A stretch of 64,000 bases of DNA from Catajapyx aquilonaris (taxonomy: Eukaryota), in NCBI GenBank assembly GCA_000934665.2, contig KZ538005.1:1-64000 (forward strand). Reading direction: 5' to 3'. Below the pieces are notes generated by a model. That model was not told the origin of the DNA, made no database searches, and was given only the letters and a program-made list of their open reading frames with translations. The position numbers and the translations under genes were made by a program. Below are positions 24,801 through 38,699 of the stretch, piece by piece (the first letter of the stretch is position 1; each line of letters starts with the position of its first letter).

Positions 24801-27800
24801 TGGAGCAGAACCTGCAGAAGTGCAAGTTTGGACTCGCTGGGGCTACATAACATGCTGTTGTCATCTCACGGGGAGAATAATTATCCCTTTTCTGCGGTGG
24901 AGTTTATGGCGTTAAAAAAGCCAACCAGGCATATCGTTGCCAAAATCTGCTTATTAGAAGCAGCTTTCCTGCTAATTGAATGTCAAAATCCAACGCTAGT
25001 CAAATGGGAATAATGTTATAATATGACTGCCAGCCATATTTTTTTGTTGTTTATGGTGCTACTGTACCTGCCATATTATGCTAATCCGAAAACAAATATT
25101 GGATTATTCATCCCTCAGAAATATTTCCATAATCAGATTGCAAAGGCACCCATATGGCTGTGTTACTTTACAAATGAAATAAGCCTATGATACAGTATAT
25201 ATCTGCAGAAATACAGAGCAGACAAGAACCAGGCCGTGCTTATTGTCCCTGAGTAACTACCGCTGCGCCATCTATTTATAAGCGGTAAATGAAGATAAGG
25301 ATGGGGGTGTAATTCGGGAAGATATGATTTGTAAATTACGCAGTTGGGGTGGGTTTTATTTCGAAAATGGAAGTGCAGCAGTCTGAGTGGGCTGCACTTT
25401 TGGTTATGTTCCACGGCTTATCTACACGTCGCGCGATGTGGCATCATCTGCAATCTGTTCCGTTTGCCCAATTATACCCAGGGAAAATATTGACTGCAAA
25501 GATCCATCTGGTGGTGGTGTTCCTGCTGCATCCGCAAGATGTATGGCGATATCCCACGCAACGCTGGATAAGATCAAACCGACTCGAGCGCACTTGATTC
25601 CGACGTTAGATAGCGTCACTACCATACCGAGTACCTACGGGCTCTATCTTTAAACCGGTCCTTCCCTCTCAGGACCAAACCTTCCCGATTACTAAGTCAG
25701 TTTGACCGCCCCCCCCCCNCCCCCCCCCCCCCCCCCCATATTCCTTAAATTGCAATATCGATGTAGCGCTAAATACGTCAAAGAACTATGTATAGCCTGG
25801 CTGAAAATAGTCGATGTACTGTATATGTCTGGGCCCTTTCTTGAGACATTAGGGCCCCCAGCGGGCTATTGAGTCCCACATGAAGGACGTGGATGAATGC
25901 TGCCGGAGACTGGAAGAACATTTGTCGGTGTTCGTGCGGTAGCCTAAGAGTAGGCAAGTGCCCGGATGATGCCCGGAAAAGGCAGCCTAGCGTGAGGGAT
26001 TCCGGAATGGAATCCCTTCGGTCAAAGGCGATTGTGTTCCGCTAGGCTTCCCTGAATGGGGGGAAGGAGCAGGGGAGGTGGGGAGGGAGCCGGGGAGCGG
26101 GAGCCCAACTTATGCGTGAGCGCCATTCGTCAGCAGCCCATACACGTCAGCCTATAAATCACTCCAACCCCCCCCCCCCCCATCTCCCCCTAATCCAACT
26201 TAACCACCATTTTAAAACGGGACATCATTTGAATATCGTGCTGCAGTTACACCGAAGGGTGGATATGGTGTGGGGAGGGGGGGGGGGCTCCTTTTTCGAC
26301 TAATTAATCCGCTCTTGACACCCATCTGCTCAAATCACGTTATTTCCACCCCGCGCACTGTAGATCAACGTACAGTACAGTTTATATGGCACATCTGCAC
26401 TCGGACTTTCACGTCTGTTTTCATTTGCCGATTTTTGAGCCCCCGCTCTACAACAGCAGGGGCATAAATTATGTATCAACAACTAATGTACAAGAGAGTT
26501 TCGCCAAATGCACTGTTGTGTAAGTTGTCGGGTGCCTGTTTGATATCTGTATTCCCATCGTGATATCACTTCCTCGTTCAGCATATGGTAATGAGCTATA
26601 GGTTTGGTCCAATTGATGGCTATGCATTCTCTCAGGGCTATGTGGAGGACAAACGTGGACATTCAAAAACGGAAGATGGTTAATTCTGGTACCGGTATAA
26701 TAAATGGCAAAAAGAATCCTAAAATGATGAAAATTTCACTATCGCATGGCAGTGTTGATATTCACATGGAAGAACCACCATACATGAATAAACAGTGTGC
26801 ATTGCTACATGTGCATGCCTGCTTCGCACTACATCATGCAAATAAATTATTTGCAACTTTTTGATATACTTCATAAAATATTGAATATTTTCGTGCCACA
26901 TGCATGTTACACTGGGACTGGGATGACCATGTTACAAATTTTAGAGAATGAAACCGATTTGGCATGCTACCGACAGTCTTCTAAAACCCATTCCAGTATA
27001 ATATTTCTTTATTTCCGAATTTTTATAACATGTTCGAGAAAGAGGCGAGAGAGGAAAATTGAAATGTTTTTTTCAGTTGTAAGGACAATTTTTGATCACG
27101 TGTTTAGCACTCTGATTACATAAATTTCTTATGTAACTACAGTAGTTGCTCTAAAGTGTTTTTGCTGACTGGTATAACCCTGGACATTTCGTGAAACCTG
27201 TCCACGCCAAATTGCGAAGTCCACTAGTTGATGGAGTGTCCTGTGATGAGTTTATTAAGCGGCAAAGCAGGTAATGGGAGACATACATCGAAAACGAATG
27301 TTAAAAAAAAAAACTATCTCTTCGAAGCGAGACGCTTGAAAATGAGGGAGTGCGTTTCATGAGCCGTGCTTGCAAGGACAGAAAACGAGGTTATTCGGCA
27401 CAGTAACCTGTAACCCCTGTAACCCCCCTCCCCCTCCAACTCTCCATTTCACTTAAATTGCTCCCTGCATGCCTGCATATCTGACGAATTTTCTGCAAAC
27501 TGGCCCGGTTCGCGACCTTTTCGAGCACAAGTCAGCTTTTTGAATGTTTCATACATTGCCCCACCTAAACCGAGTTACTCCCCGTTTATAGTATATCATA
27601 AGGCTCACTCGATGCCCTCTGCCGGCTCTCGTTTCACGAAACGAAATTATATGTATACATGTGGGGATTGCTCGTAATGTATGCTAATTAGGACCACTTC
27701 CTCTCTCTGCCCTTTGAGGAAAAACAGGTTCAATAATGAGAACAGTTAGCCTCGTAGAGACGTTCGTGCAAATCTGGGGGATTGATGGCAAACCCCCCCC

Positions 27801-30800
27801 CCAAAAAAAACCGAGTTCACAATATGCCAGAGAGAATGCAAAATAGATGTTACGAAAATGGCACAGCCAATTGGCCGATAATGCAACATTGAAACTGCGG
27901 TATTTGTGGACGATGTAAGCCCTGGGGTTAGAAGTTGTTTCTGGGAATGGCGTAATTTTTTCAGAGGGCTTTGTTTTGCTAATGAATAATTAGGGAGCTG
28001 AAAGAAGGCCGAATTGGCGGTTAAGACTCAGTGGGAAACTGTAAAAGTCTTACAATTGGTCATTCGGATGTCAACTGCAATAATTAGGCTATAAACGTGT
28101 GAAGCCAGTAACCTATACCAGTAATCTATATACGTACTTATTTTGTAAAACGGGCGCAATATATGGGAAACTTGCAGGTTATTAACCCAGATATGCATAA
28201 ACTTTTTAAAATGTATTTCTTTTTATGAACAAATGAAGATCTAACCCAATAACAAACAATCTTAACATTTGTATACAAGTCCTGTATATAGGACTCTAGG
28301 CATATATGAGATTAACTGAACAATTCCACCGCCTGCTGCCATCTGCGTGGTTTTTTGCATAACCTGAAATGAAGGTAGAGCTATTAAGTGCCAAGTCGGA
28401 AGAGATGGGCACTCGCAAACAGTTTTCTTGTCCCTATTTCGATTGGCCGCGACATTGCGTTATCTGCGTTAAACCCATTCCCTAAAAGTGGCACCGGCAC
28501 TGTGAATAATGCAAACTGCGACGGGTAATGGTGTTATAAATGGTTATTGCCACCATTCGACCATACTTATGCCGGGCGTAAAATATTCACACCAGCATTG
28601 TGAGTCAAGTTTGGACCTAGCTCCAAAGTCAGACCTATAATATATAAAAGGTAGGGGGGAAAGATTGGTGGGCAATGCATGGTCAATCCTTCAATAAATG
28701 TCGCCTAGTTTGACCAAAGTTCATTAATTATTCTTGGCACGGGATCGGTCCAATTCACGACCTCCTGTTGACATTATCCTGTCGACCTGAGTCACGGAAC
28801 GAATGAGTTTTCAAATCCGGCTTGTAGAAAAGCGCCAAAGCCACAAGGATTCGCGAATTCATGCAAGACCTATGTACATGTGACTGTCGACAGTCCCATA
28901 GATCGCGTGCTTACACTACGTTTTTCTAACCACTCCCCTCTCCCTCCCTCCCTCCCCTGTCCCACACAACTTCCCCTACCCCACACTTTTTTTGCTCCCT
29001 CACCTCTCTGAGGACTTTAATTACAAGGTAGGAGTTGGCATGACTTCTACTGACCTACAATAAAGAGATTAGGCCCAACCCGCTGGATTACGGTCTTGTT
29101 GGCGGGGTGTTGGAGGTGACACATGCAAAGAGGGGGAAGGGAGAAGGCGGGGGAGAGATATCTGTTCATGTCGCTTGATGTAATATCGAGCATAATCTCC
29201 AGAATGTCGAGGTCATTGTTGATAAGTACGAATAATTTTGTAGTTTTTCCGGATAAAATTAATGCACGATATTTCTGTCACCTCGATGCAGTAGTATTAA
29301 TTAAGGCTCTTCACTGATAAACCGGTTAACAACAAAGCACTGCAGTCAAAGCATGAAAACTAACTATATGAAGATGAATATTAACGAAACGCTCGTCAAT
29401 AGGCTTCTTTATATCATAGCCATCGTACTGGCCCTTGTACTCTTCGGCCGACCAGGAGCCGTAATGACGGATTTGTGAAGGAGGCACACATGCACGTGTT
29501 TCTGCAAATGCGGCGTATGTATTGCAGGAATTTCATATTCTCTCATCCATTGTTTGGAAAAAATTGCTATATCTCCCTGATAATTTTTTTAAAACTCAAT
29601 TATACATTTTAAAATATGACTTAAATAATTATTCCGGCAAAAAAGAGTGATTAGAAGCGCCACAAAAATATAGCTGAGTGACATTTGTAACCCCTGTAGT
29701 GTTTATTAAAAATTCCTCTAGCTATCAAGGCTGCATTGTTGATCACTTTCTGAAATGGTCTAGCTCTAAGGATACCATTCATATCAGCATTGAAAGGCTT
29801 CTTAGTAGGGTACGAACACTGTTGCTGAGGGCACGACGCCATTGAAAGACCAGGGGGTCATAACTTTGAACGCCCACGTGAATGGGTCAGTAATTGCATA
29901 AAAAATAATGGCGAATCCAAGTCGCCGTATATTTGACAGACAATGTACTAGATTCTTGTTCATTGATGGGCCGGCCGATTCTGATACGTAATTCCATTAG
30001 CTATTTGCAGAGAGTGCACCACAAACACTGACGAATACAGGTTGGGTTGCCACTAACAGTAGGCATTACCTAACCTTCATGCAATTTTGCAGGAGATTGA
30101 TCGATTCTTCTGGCAGGCTTTGATGCATAAATAAAACGTTTTCTTCGAAGACCGACCGGTCTATATACTATGATTCTAGTGCAGCACTCGGCATATCTAA
30201 TGCCAGGGAATGAGGAAATAACTCGTCCCCACGAAACCGTTGGAACTAATATTATGGAAAGCCATCAATTTCGACAGGAAATTGATTTTTTTCCCAGACA
30301 CTCTAATTTTTGCAGCTACTAAATCATTCATACCTTTCGAGTCTACTTGCAGGGGCAGAGGGGGCCTGAAAGTGCATCAGCGTAATAGTTAGGCAAACAA
30401 GAGCTGGGATGTATCAAATGTGAAGCAGCAGAGCACACAATTAGCTTCATTGCATGCAGTCGTAGGAGTGAAAAGGGGTGTATAGCTAGGATCGATCAGC
30501 AGATGAGAAAGCTCGGTAAAATGGCCAGAGAATTGCTGTGACCTCGAAGCAGGGAATTCCTACTGCCCCCTTCCTCACTTAAACCCATTCCTAATTTTCC
30601 TGGCGAATAATTTAAGAGAAACGTTCACGCGAACGTGCGCAGATAGTGTAACCCCGTGCCACTCTTCAAAATCCTTTCGTTTTCTGGAGGAAGTCGTCGT
30701 ACGGGACGGAGAGAGAAAAATAATAATAATAATTCATATACACCGAGGCCGGTTCGTAATGGAGGACAATGTCACGAGTCATGCATGACTTGGTCGATTA

Positions 30801-33800
30801 ACTTGCACTGCCAGAGGTATGGGTATGGAGGGACTTGCACTTGTGTCAGGGATGAATTATGTAAGGATGTCTTCAATTTTACAAAAGGAATGCCGGAAAT
30901 GTCATGTCACAGCGGCAACGCTGGCGAAGACCTCCAAATCTCTCGACCTATAGCCGTATGTGGTGATAAGGAAGGAATGTACGATATCATATAGCCTACT
31001 ATTGCCATTTATATACATAAAAATTGCGTTATTTTTTTTTCAAAGTCATTAATATGTCCTTTGTCTAGTGATATAGTGCAGGATTACATAATACTGCGTG
31101 TCTCCTTACTATTCCCCTATAAACAGTATTCTATTCTTGGCCCTCGCAGTGAATTATGCCTTTTAGATACAATCTGTCAACTCAGCATTAAAGCGCAGCT
31201 GACTCCTATGTTCTACCCCTGCTAGGTAAAATAGCTTCTAATTGTACTGCATAACAAAAGATGTCAGACTCTCCGTCAACTGTTGCAGGAGGCCTGGCAT
31301 CTATCGGACCTAAATGACAATCATCCACTTTTTTGCGCAATTTTTGAACACAAATTAATATTTGTGCAATATCTTCCGCTTAAGTAGTGGTTTATGCATG
31401 GCTAGCCCTAATGTGTATTTGACTCGTTTCACCTGCAAACAATAAAAAATGCATGCATCCGTACGATTGTCATTGTTCAGTATTATAGCCGTTTTGCACA
31501 ACCCCCCCATGAAAGTAGACAGTAGAAGAAACACGGAGGCTACTTCCGACACACATTTATTTGGCCAAACTGAGAAAGAAAGTTCGGGAAGTCAGCCATG
31601 AACAAGAGGCCACTCTTGTCTGAGGCTTTCCGAAACCTCTTATTACCCCTCCCCCATCCCCCCCCCCAAAAAAAAAACCCTCTTAAAAAAAAGAAGCGGA
31701 GGGTATTTGCTAAAGTTTGCAAGGAGTGAGAGGGGTGGGGAGAGGGGAAGCTCATCTGAATTTCAAAGGGAGCTTAATGATTTACACGATTTACATATCT
31801 GCGGAGAAATATCACCCCCTGACACGCCCCATTCATAAGGATGGAACGTTTCGTGCCTAACTAATTATTGCGATGCTTCATTGTGGGCACAACCGGGGGT
31901 CCCCAGTTTTTGCAGAATTGAGAAGTTTGCAGAAGGAAGCGATACAGCCATGTAATAATTTGCCAGTCTAATTGTTGCGGTTCGTGTACAAATGAGGTAC
32001 ATTCCTGGTGGCACCGCCTCCAATTGTTGGATTCTTACCTGACAGTGACCGATCAGCAGAAAAGGTTTAGGCGAAGGCGTTTAAGTGCCTGGGGCTGATC
32101 AGACCCCTTTTCGCCCCCTCCGTTTTACCCCCACCCTTTCCAGACGGTTACGTATAGTTGTGGTCTGTTCTTTGACAGAGGCAATTAGCGGTCAAGTGTC
32201 AGCATCGACCTCATAACTCACCTAGGTAATTATGAGGGCGCGTTATTGCGATACATCAAAGAGGGGGGACTCATTTTCCAGGCTGGGCTTGGGGACAACT
32301 TTTGCGAGTGTTACTCATTATCGTAATCAGGGGGTTGCAGTGCAAATATTGAAATGGCGAAAGAAGGAGGAATACAAGGAAACTATTGTGCTTCAACTGG
32401 GGCTAGGTCGAGCCAGAATCCGAATATTTACCTTCAGAACCGACCGTTACGTTATTTATAGTCCTGGCATATAGTCGGAAGGAAATCGATAAGACTGTTT
32501 ATTGTAGGGGCCTATTACAGAGCAGTTAGAGTCAAAGGCTCGTGGAAGTAATACGGGGACGGACGCCAAGAGGAGGGGGCTGTGCGTGATGATTACAAGC
32601 AATTTTTTTTAATTACCTCGCCATTTTTGCCGGCGGTTATCGTGTTTAATGCGGGCTTTATTAAGTGAAACTTGCATGACATGATGTCTGGATAAGAACC
32701 AGTCGCAAGGCCACAGCGAAAGAAATTACGGGACTGCCATTATTATGTGGTACGATTTTACTACCCGTACCAATACGGTACGGAATGCATTTGACGGTAA
32801 TGGCATTTTAGGGCATTGAAGCTAATACATTCAAGCACGCAGCACGTAGCGCAAGTACCATATTTTTACAGTCCGGTAGTTTAGAATTCCTGACGAGGCG
32901 GAAATCAATTGTCAATCCGAATTTATATAACCACAACTCACCTGATTGTTAATAATGTGGGAGAAAGTTGGCGTATCATTATTTTATATTTTTATTGTGC
33001 ATTATGTGGGTGAATATTGTTTCGACCATCAGAAACGATGCCTGCTTAAACCATTGCCATTATGGGCGAGATGCCTGTAACGAGTATCTCTTGAATGAAA
33101 AAAACTACTATTGTGTCGCATCTTTACCCCACAGGTTTGGGGTTTGGGGCTGCTTACCCCACCTTTAACCAGCAGCAGCACGTACCGAGAAAACAACATC
33201 GGATTTTCATCGACATCCAAACTTCTTGCACTTTCCCCGGAGGGAAAAGGAGGAAAGTGCTTGTTCGCAGAGGAGCATCTTGGCTGCTTTTCACACAGAC
33301 GGACGCCGCCATTTGGGCTCGTTTTTCACGCTTCATCCGGGAGCCGAGGACTCAATCATCGTTAAGGTAACAAAAAAAAAGAAGAGAATCAGCCATGGTG
33401 TAAAACGCATCGGGAATTCCCCGGCTGGACTTGCCAGACGGAGGAATTCGCGTGACGCAATTTTACTTAATGTTTTGCTTTACGCTAATTCCTGGAAGCC
33501 GGATTACTATCGGGTGGGACACGAAGGTGGGATTAGAAAATACTGCCGAAAGGTTTCAAAATTAGCGCCTATAAAAATAATACGGCTGTTTCTGGATAAA
33601 AATAACCGGCGGCTGCGTTATTTGCACGAGTCTGACTTTGACTTTTATAGCGTTTTTCATGATGTATACTTGTGAGAGTAATAAATTATTGTAAAAATGA
33701 GTTAGAGGTGTATCCCGAGTAATAGTGTGGCAGTGCGTACAGCATGGGCAAAAAGTTTCAGTAAAAAGAACGTGGTCTGTAAGGCTATACATTGCCATTC

Positions 33801-36650
33801 ATAATTTTAACGTCATTCTGTGGTTATTCACCGTAAGAGCCTGCAGGAAAGAAACGGTATACTGTGCGGTAGATTAGCGCATTAAAATTGATGAGAGTTT
33901 TATATCAAAATGCCGTCTGGCTGTAACTACTGGTGCTCCGGAGAAAATTTGTAGCCAGATTTTTATTGCCAGCACACTAATTGCTGAAAAAGTATGAGTG
34001 TAATTTTTTATGCAGTTTTTTGCTTATGTTTAAAAAATAAATTGTAGGTTATCAACGAATATGGCCATACACACTGGTAGTATAATATGTGCTTATATTT
34101 TACAAAGAAATGGAGGCGAGTTATGGTGCAATGAATTAATTTCAATATTGCCAATAATATTGATGAATTCAATTAACCAAATGATTCCATAGGCGATCGT
34201 TCCTAATCGCATTTGGTGACAAATCCACCTCGTAAGGCTCAGTTTCACGTCCTGCTGAATTCAGAAAATAAGCGGTGAGTACGTGCCTGTCTGGATCTAG
34301 ACGAAAAAAAAAGGACAGGAACCCAGCAACACTCCTTTTTCCACCTGCTTCAGCACTTTTTGAAAGAGTCCAAAAACCGTCACGCAGAGTCGATACTTGC
34401 AACCGAATGGAACCCGCCGAGTGGAAATTCAGGGACTTGTTACAATAGGACCCCCCCGAAAAAAATAGAAGAAAAAGAGAAAACGAAAAGAGAATCGATG
34501 CCGAGATATTGGCCACGAATGTCACATGCGTGCTTCTGCACCTGAACTCGCCCTAAGTTGGCTCCAAAAAGTGCAGTGTTTTCCCAATGAGGCCGCTTAA
34601 AATGGATGCACTCACCCCTGATTATTAGGCTGCAGCGAATTACCAACCCGCGGCCACATCTGGGCCTGCAATCTTTTTGCGTGATGATCGAAGCAATCTA
34701 ATGAAGGGGACGGAGGAGAGAGTGCGGAAAGGCTTTGGCAGAGCGTTTCTAAATTAATTATTGGCTAGGATGTGGGGGGAAGGGCCTGGTGCCATGTACG
34801 GTAACAAGTTGAGGGGGTGGGGGAAGGCGGGGTAGGGAAAAATGGCGAAGGAAATCGATGGCGATGCTAAATGAATGCCGTGACATTAGAAGGGGGCACG
34901 GATTCTTGCGAAAAACTCCGGATGGCAACACTGGACTGCCGAGGACCAATAGCAGCCGGTGTTGATTTGGCGGGAAACAGGCAGATTGGTCGGACGACGC
35001 CGCCTGGCTTGCCGGGAATCTTGCTTATTGGCCAACCGGTCGCAGTGTTGTCTTTATGGGTTATAACTATTTTTTAGTAGTCAGTTCACTGCTAGCCACA
35101 GTGTTCCAGACGGCGAAACTCTTAATATAGGCTATATTGTACGAGATATACCTAACTGTTCGGGCGCAATGATCCCGATTATGTGTTGGTAACCCTTCAT
35201 TATTACTAGGTACACTGCAATTCTTGGTGATTACACAGTGGAATCAGCCATTCTCTGACATCCTTGACCCCCATCCTTTCCACTTTCGCGAGCGGTGTAT
35301 GAATATCTCAGTATGAGCGATGTATATTTTAACGACTTCCTGCCTTTCGGATGTAGTTTCCATTGCGAGGAGGAAACGTTTCAAAGACGCTCACTTGACA
35401 GACCTATTTGCTAACGGGGAACACTGTAACGGGCTGCTGCGAGTTTAGTCATGGCAGGCCGGAGCAACGATTCCCGTTCGAGAAAGCGGGAAAATGGTCT
35501 CTACACCATAGTCTATATCCTTCCTAATTATAGCCGTTCAGATGTGTATTTTAGGCCTACACCTCAGGACTACATCAGCAATTTACTCCTCGTCGCTTAA
35601 CAAGCTCTTGAGTGGCGTTGTGGTTTTCTTTGCTCAAACAAATAGCTTTATTATGTACTGCGCGAAATCCTTACGCTTTCATTCATGAGGATTACGCGAT
35701 TTTGTTTCTTCTAGAGTCGGGACGTGATAAAATTTTCCGCGTGAAAATAATACGTTCGAGACATATTTTGCGTATGGAGCGACATGCCTGCACTGCACGC
35801 TACTATTTAATCACATTCTTCGTGAGAAAAAATTTGCCGGCCACACCTGTACGCGTAGCTTTCATTTACACGCCAGTAAAAATTGCCAGCCATGCATAAC
35901 TTATTTGAAAGCATAACAGTCTGCTACCGCAGTACTTTTTCTGTACTGCAAATGAGTGTTTTGAATGGTCAGTGATGCTTCATTCATTGGAACCACGAGG
36001 CATAAGATGTATTCCTACACTGCAGCGTATATGTGATCTAATAGGTAGACTGCAAACTTAATACATACATGATGCCTGTCCTGCCACTCAACTCTCCTGT
36101 ATCTGTCACGCGTTCAGCTCTTGCGAAACAGTCAACAACGCCACGTGCCACCTTCAAGTAAAATATGGCCTTTCTGCTCACGTTTCTATAATAGTCTAGT
36201 AATAAATTGTCACTCACTGGTAATGACTTGGCTCGTAATGTTACATTCTTGTAAGCGGCACACACGATGTACTTAATTCACCGCGTGCATTGTCTCGAGC
36301 AAATATTAACTCCTCGACATGTGAGCATTATTAGCCAACATATACGTTACCTCCCTTTGGCATTGTACATAAAGCGTGACTCTTCCTAAGAAACTTTGTA
36401 TTGGCACGTGCCGCCGCCGCCGTCCCTCTTATCGCGCCAAAATAAATGTTGACATTGTTGCACACCATGTACTGTAACACCCTTGCAATCAGTGGCTTGT
36501 CATCGTATATGAACTGGCACGTGCTGTCATGTACGAAAACACGTGCTGATTGTTGCCGGCCGCAATATTGTCTCCCTTGACAGCACGTGGCTTCCGAGTA
36601 ATAACACAGGGTTCCTGCTACATGCGATAGCAATGTTAATGTTGACTTAC

Positions 36651-36759
36651 CGGCCAGCTGGAGAGCCACGAGGAGCAGTAGGAGAGGCCAGGACACGCCC
36701 ACCTGGGCCACCACGCCCTCCGGAGGCCCCGCCGGTTGCCTCGGGGCCTCACGCCACAT
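36651..36759 (-). CDS. Probable first coding exon of a secreted or cell-surface protein (signal-peptide exon); whole exon 36762-36651
   Basis: The minus strand reads cccccccttttttattttgtttcttAG|acaATG: a long pyrimidine tract, an AG acceptor and A at -3 of the ATG. The exon ends ctggccg|GTAAGT, a consensus donor. The 109 coding nt give MWREAPRQPAGPPEGVVAQVGVSWPLLLLLVALQLA plus 1 nt (phase 1). It is GC-rich against the flanking intron and has the hydrophobic core WPLLLLLVALQLA. The rest of ORF 36331..36759 is intron read-through. Confidence 0.78.
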
Positions 36760-38432
36760 TGTCTAAGAAACAAAATAAAAAAGGGGGGGAGGGGTGGTCG
36801 GAGGGGGGTTCAGAAGAGGTGACCCCTACCCCTCTCACCACACGGTGTCCCTCATCGCCCCCGAGTTTACTACATGTGTGAGTCACATGTCACCCAGGTC
36901 TGACTCCGGAGGACCTCCGCCGCCTCCGAGCCCACAATCGCAACTGGAGGGACCCCCCAAAACCCACGCCAACTGGATCAATGTGCACCCCTCTCACCCC
37001 CTACCCGCCACTGCCATTTTCCTACCTGCACTCTTACCTCATTGGGCCAGAGTGGCGCTCCGGAGGCGCCGGCCCGGGGATATCCGGAAGATCTTGAGTG
37101 GAGGAACCCTTTTTTTTGGTGGGGGTGGAGATATACAATGGTGTCCCATTGTCTGGTTACGGGACGGGGGTGGGACAGGGCTTCGGGGGGGTCAGCACGG
37201 TTAATTCGATTGTCGGGTGAAATTAGTCCAAAAAGTAGGGTTCAAACTGAGGCACAAAAGATGTCAATCAATTTTTACTGGCCTGGAGGGATGTTTCCTG
37301 GAGGCGGTCAGCTGATGGCTACAAAGCATCCAGCCACAAAAATGGACGCGCAAATTTGGCTAACTCCGGCCAAAATGTTTTGGCAATGATATATCAAGGG
37401 TGCTTTTATTATTGCGGATGAGGGCTTTTCAGTATAAAAGGCCTTTATGAGCAACGTGTTTTAATTGGAGAAATGCATCACATATCTAGCTTACCCGTCC
37501 CCACACCCTGTATAATGACTAGCATTCCTTGAAATAGCTTAAATAGCTTTCCGACCATACTTGTGGCAACGTTCAATAAATCTCATGTTAGAAAACGAGG
37601 CGTGTTCCACTGAGCTGTCAATGCCGTCGTGTTTTATTCAACATGCCATTGCTGTCACGTTGAGGGTCAATATAGTGACAATGTCGTTTTCGTCAATTGA
37701 TTGCGACTGCCTTTAACATGCCAATATTCTGACGCTTCGGGAGAAGGATCAAAGTGGTCAATCGTTGTACCGCAAGAACCTTCACTCCTTCAGATTGGCC
37801 AAGAAGATAGATCAATAACTTGGTTGATTCATACTTGAAGTCAGAGAAGATACGTACGTGCCATGCGTTAGTTAAAAACCAGTTGGGCCATAATATAGTG
37901 TATAGTGAGGGTGTTTAACCCATGCGTATAGTTTATTGTGGTGATGGATTTATGTGGATTTCTACAGATGAGGTGTCAATCTGAATAATTGCAATGAATT
38001 TCTCATTAAGAATGGTATCATTGTCATCGTCAAAGATAGAACTGAATTTTGCAGGCCATAGTTGGCATAGTATGTTGTGAGTAAAGGAAACGGGATGATT
38101 CTCAGAAATTATATTAACAAATTACGCGGATTATATTAATAATGTACAGTGCATTAAAAAAGTCCATCCCAGACCTATACTGTTAAAATTTGTCATTATA
38201 ATTTGTGTTCATGCTTACTCTGTTGTGAGTCGGCAGGGATGTACGATGTGCACCCATAAATGGGTTTCCTGTTAATTTTTCACCAGCTATAATGAACAAA
38301 TATTATTGAACTGATAACTTATGCAGAACGATCAGAACCACATTTTGGTCAAATTTAAGTTAAGCCATGTGTAATACAATTTATTGATGTGAGCGCTTTG
38401 GCGCTCAAATCAGTCTTCTGATGGATAAATTA

Positions 38433-38699
38433 ATAATAATAATGGATACCCCGTGATAAGCCTCCTTGGACTTTTTAGGGGATAATTTTTTTAATTAACC
38501 GACTTAATCATTGCCTTTGCTGTGATGGATTTTGCTAGTGGGAGGAAACGGGAGAGCCCCGAGAAAACCCACGCGAACACGGAAAGAACCCATCGAAACT
38601 CTATCCACATAAGTATATCCTCTGTCCGATCCGGGGATCGAACTCGGGACCTTAGAGGTGGAAGGCTGCGGCGCTAACCACTCGGCCACCGTGTCGCCC
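38433..38699 (-). mobile_element. tRNA-derived SINE, family H, full-length with (ATT)n tail
   Basis: On the minus strand: A box tggccgagtgg (38688-38678), B box gagttcgatccc (38645-38634), central gcgtgggttttctcggggctctcccgtttcctcccac, and an (ATT)n tail. A 15-bp TSD with 1 mismatch flanks it: ctgatggataaatta at 38418-38432 and ctgatggagaaatta at 38700-38714. Confidence 0.9.

Noticed and set aside
32889..32915. Hammerhead-like core ctgacga-ggcg-gaaa
   Set aside because: Stems I and III cannot be formed convincingly. Other ctgatga motifs lack the downstream GAAA.
17866..38699. tRNA gene calls at the A-box/B-box sites
   Set aside because: They have no complete acceptor stems and continue into SINE bodies, mostly with tails and TSDs, so they are SINE heads.
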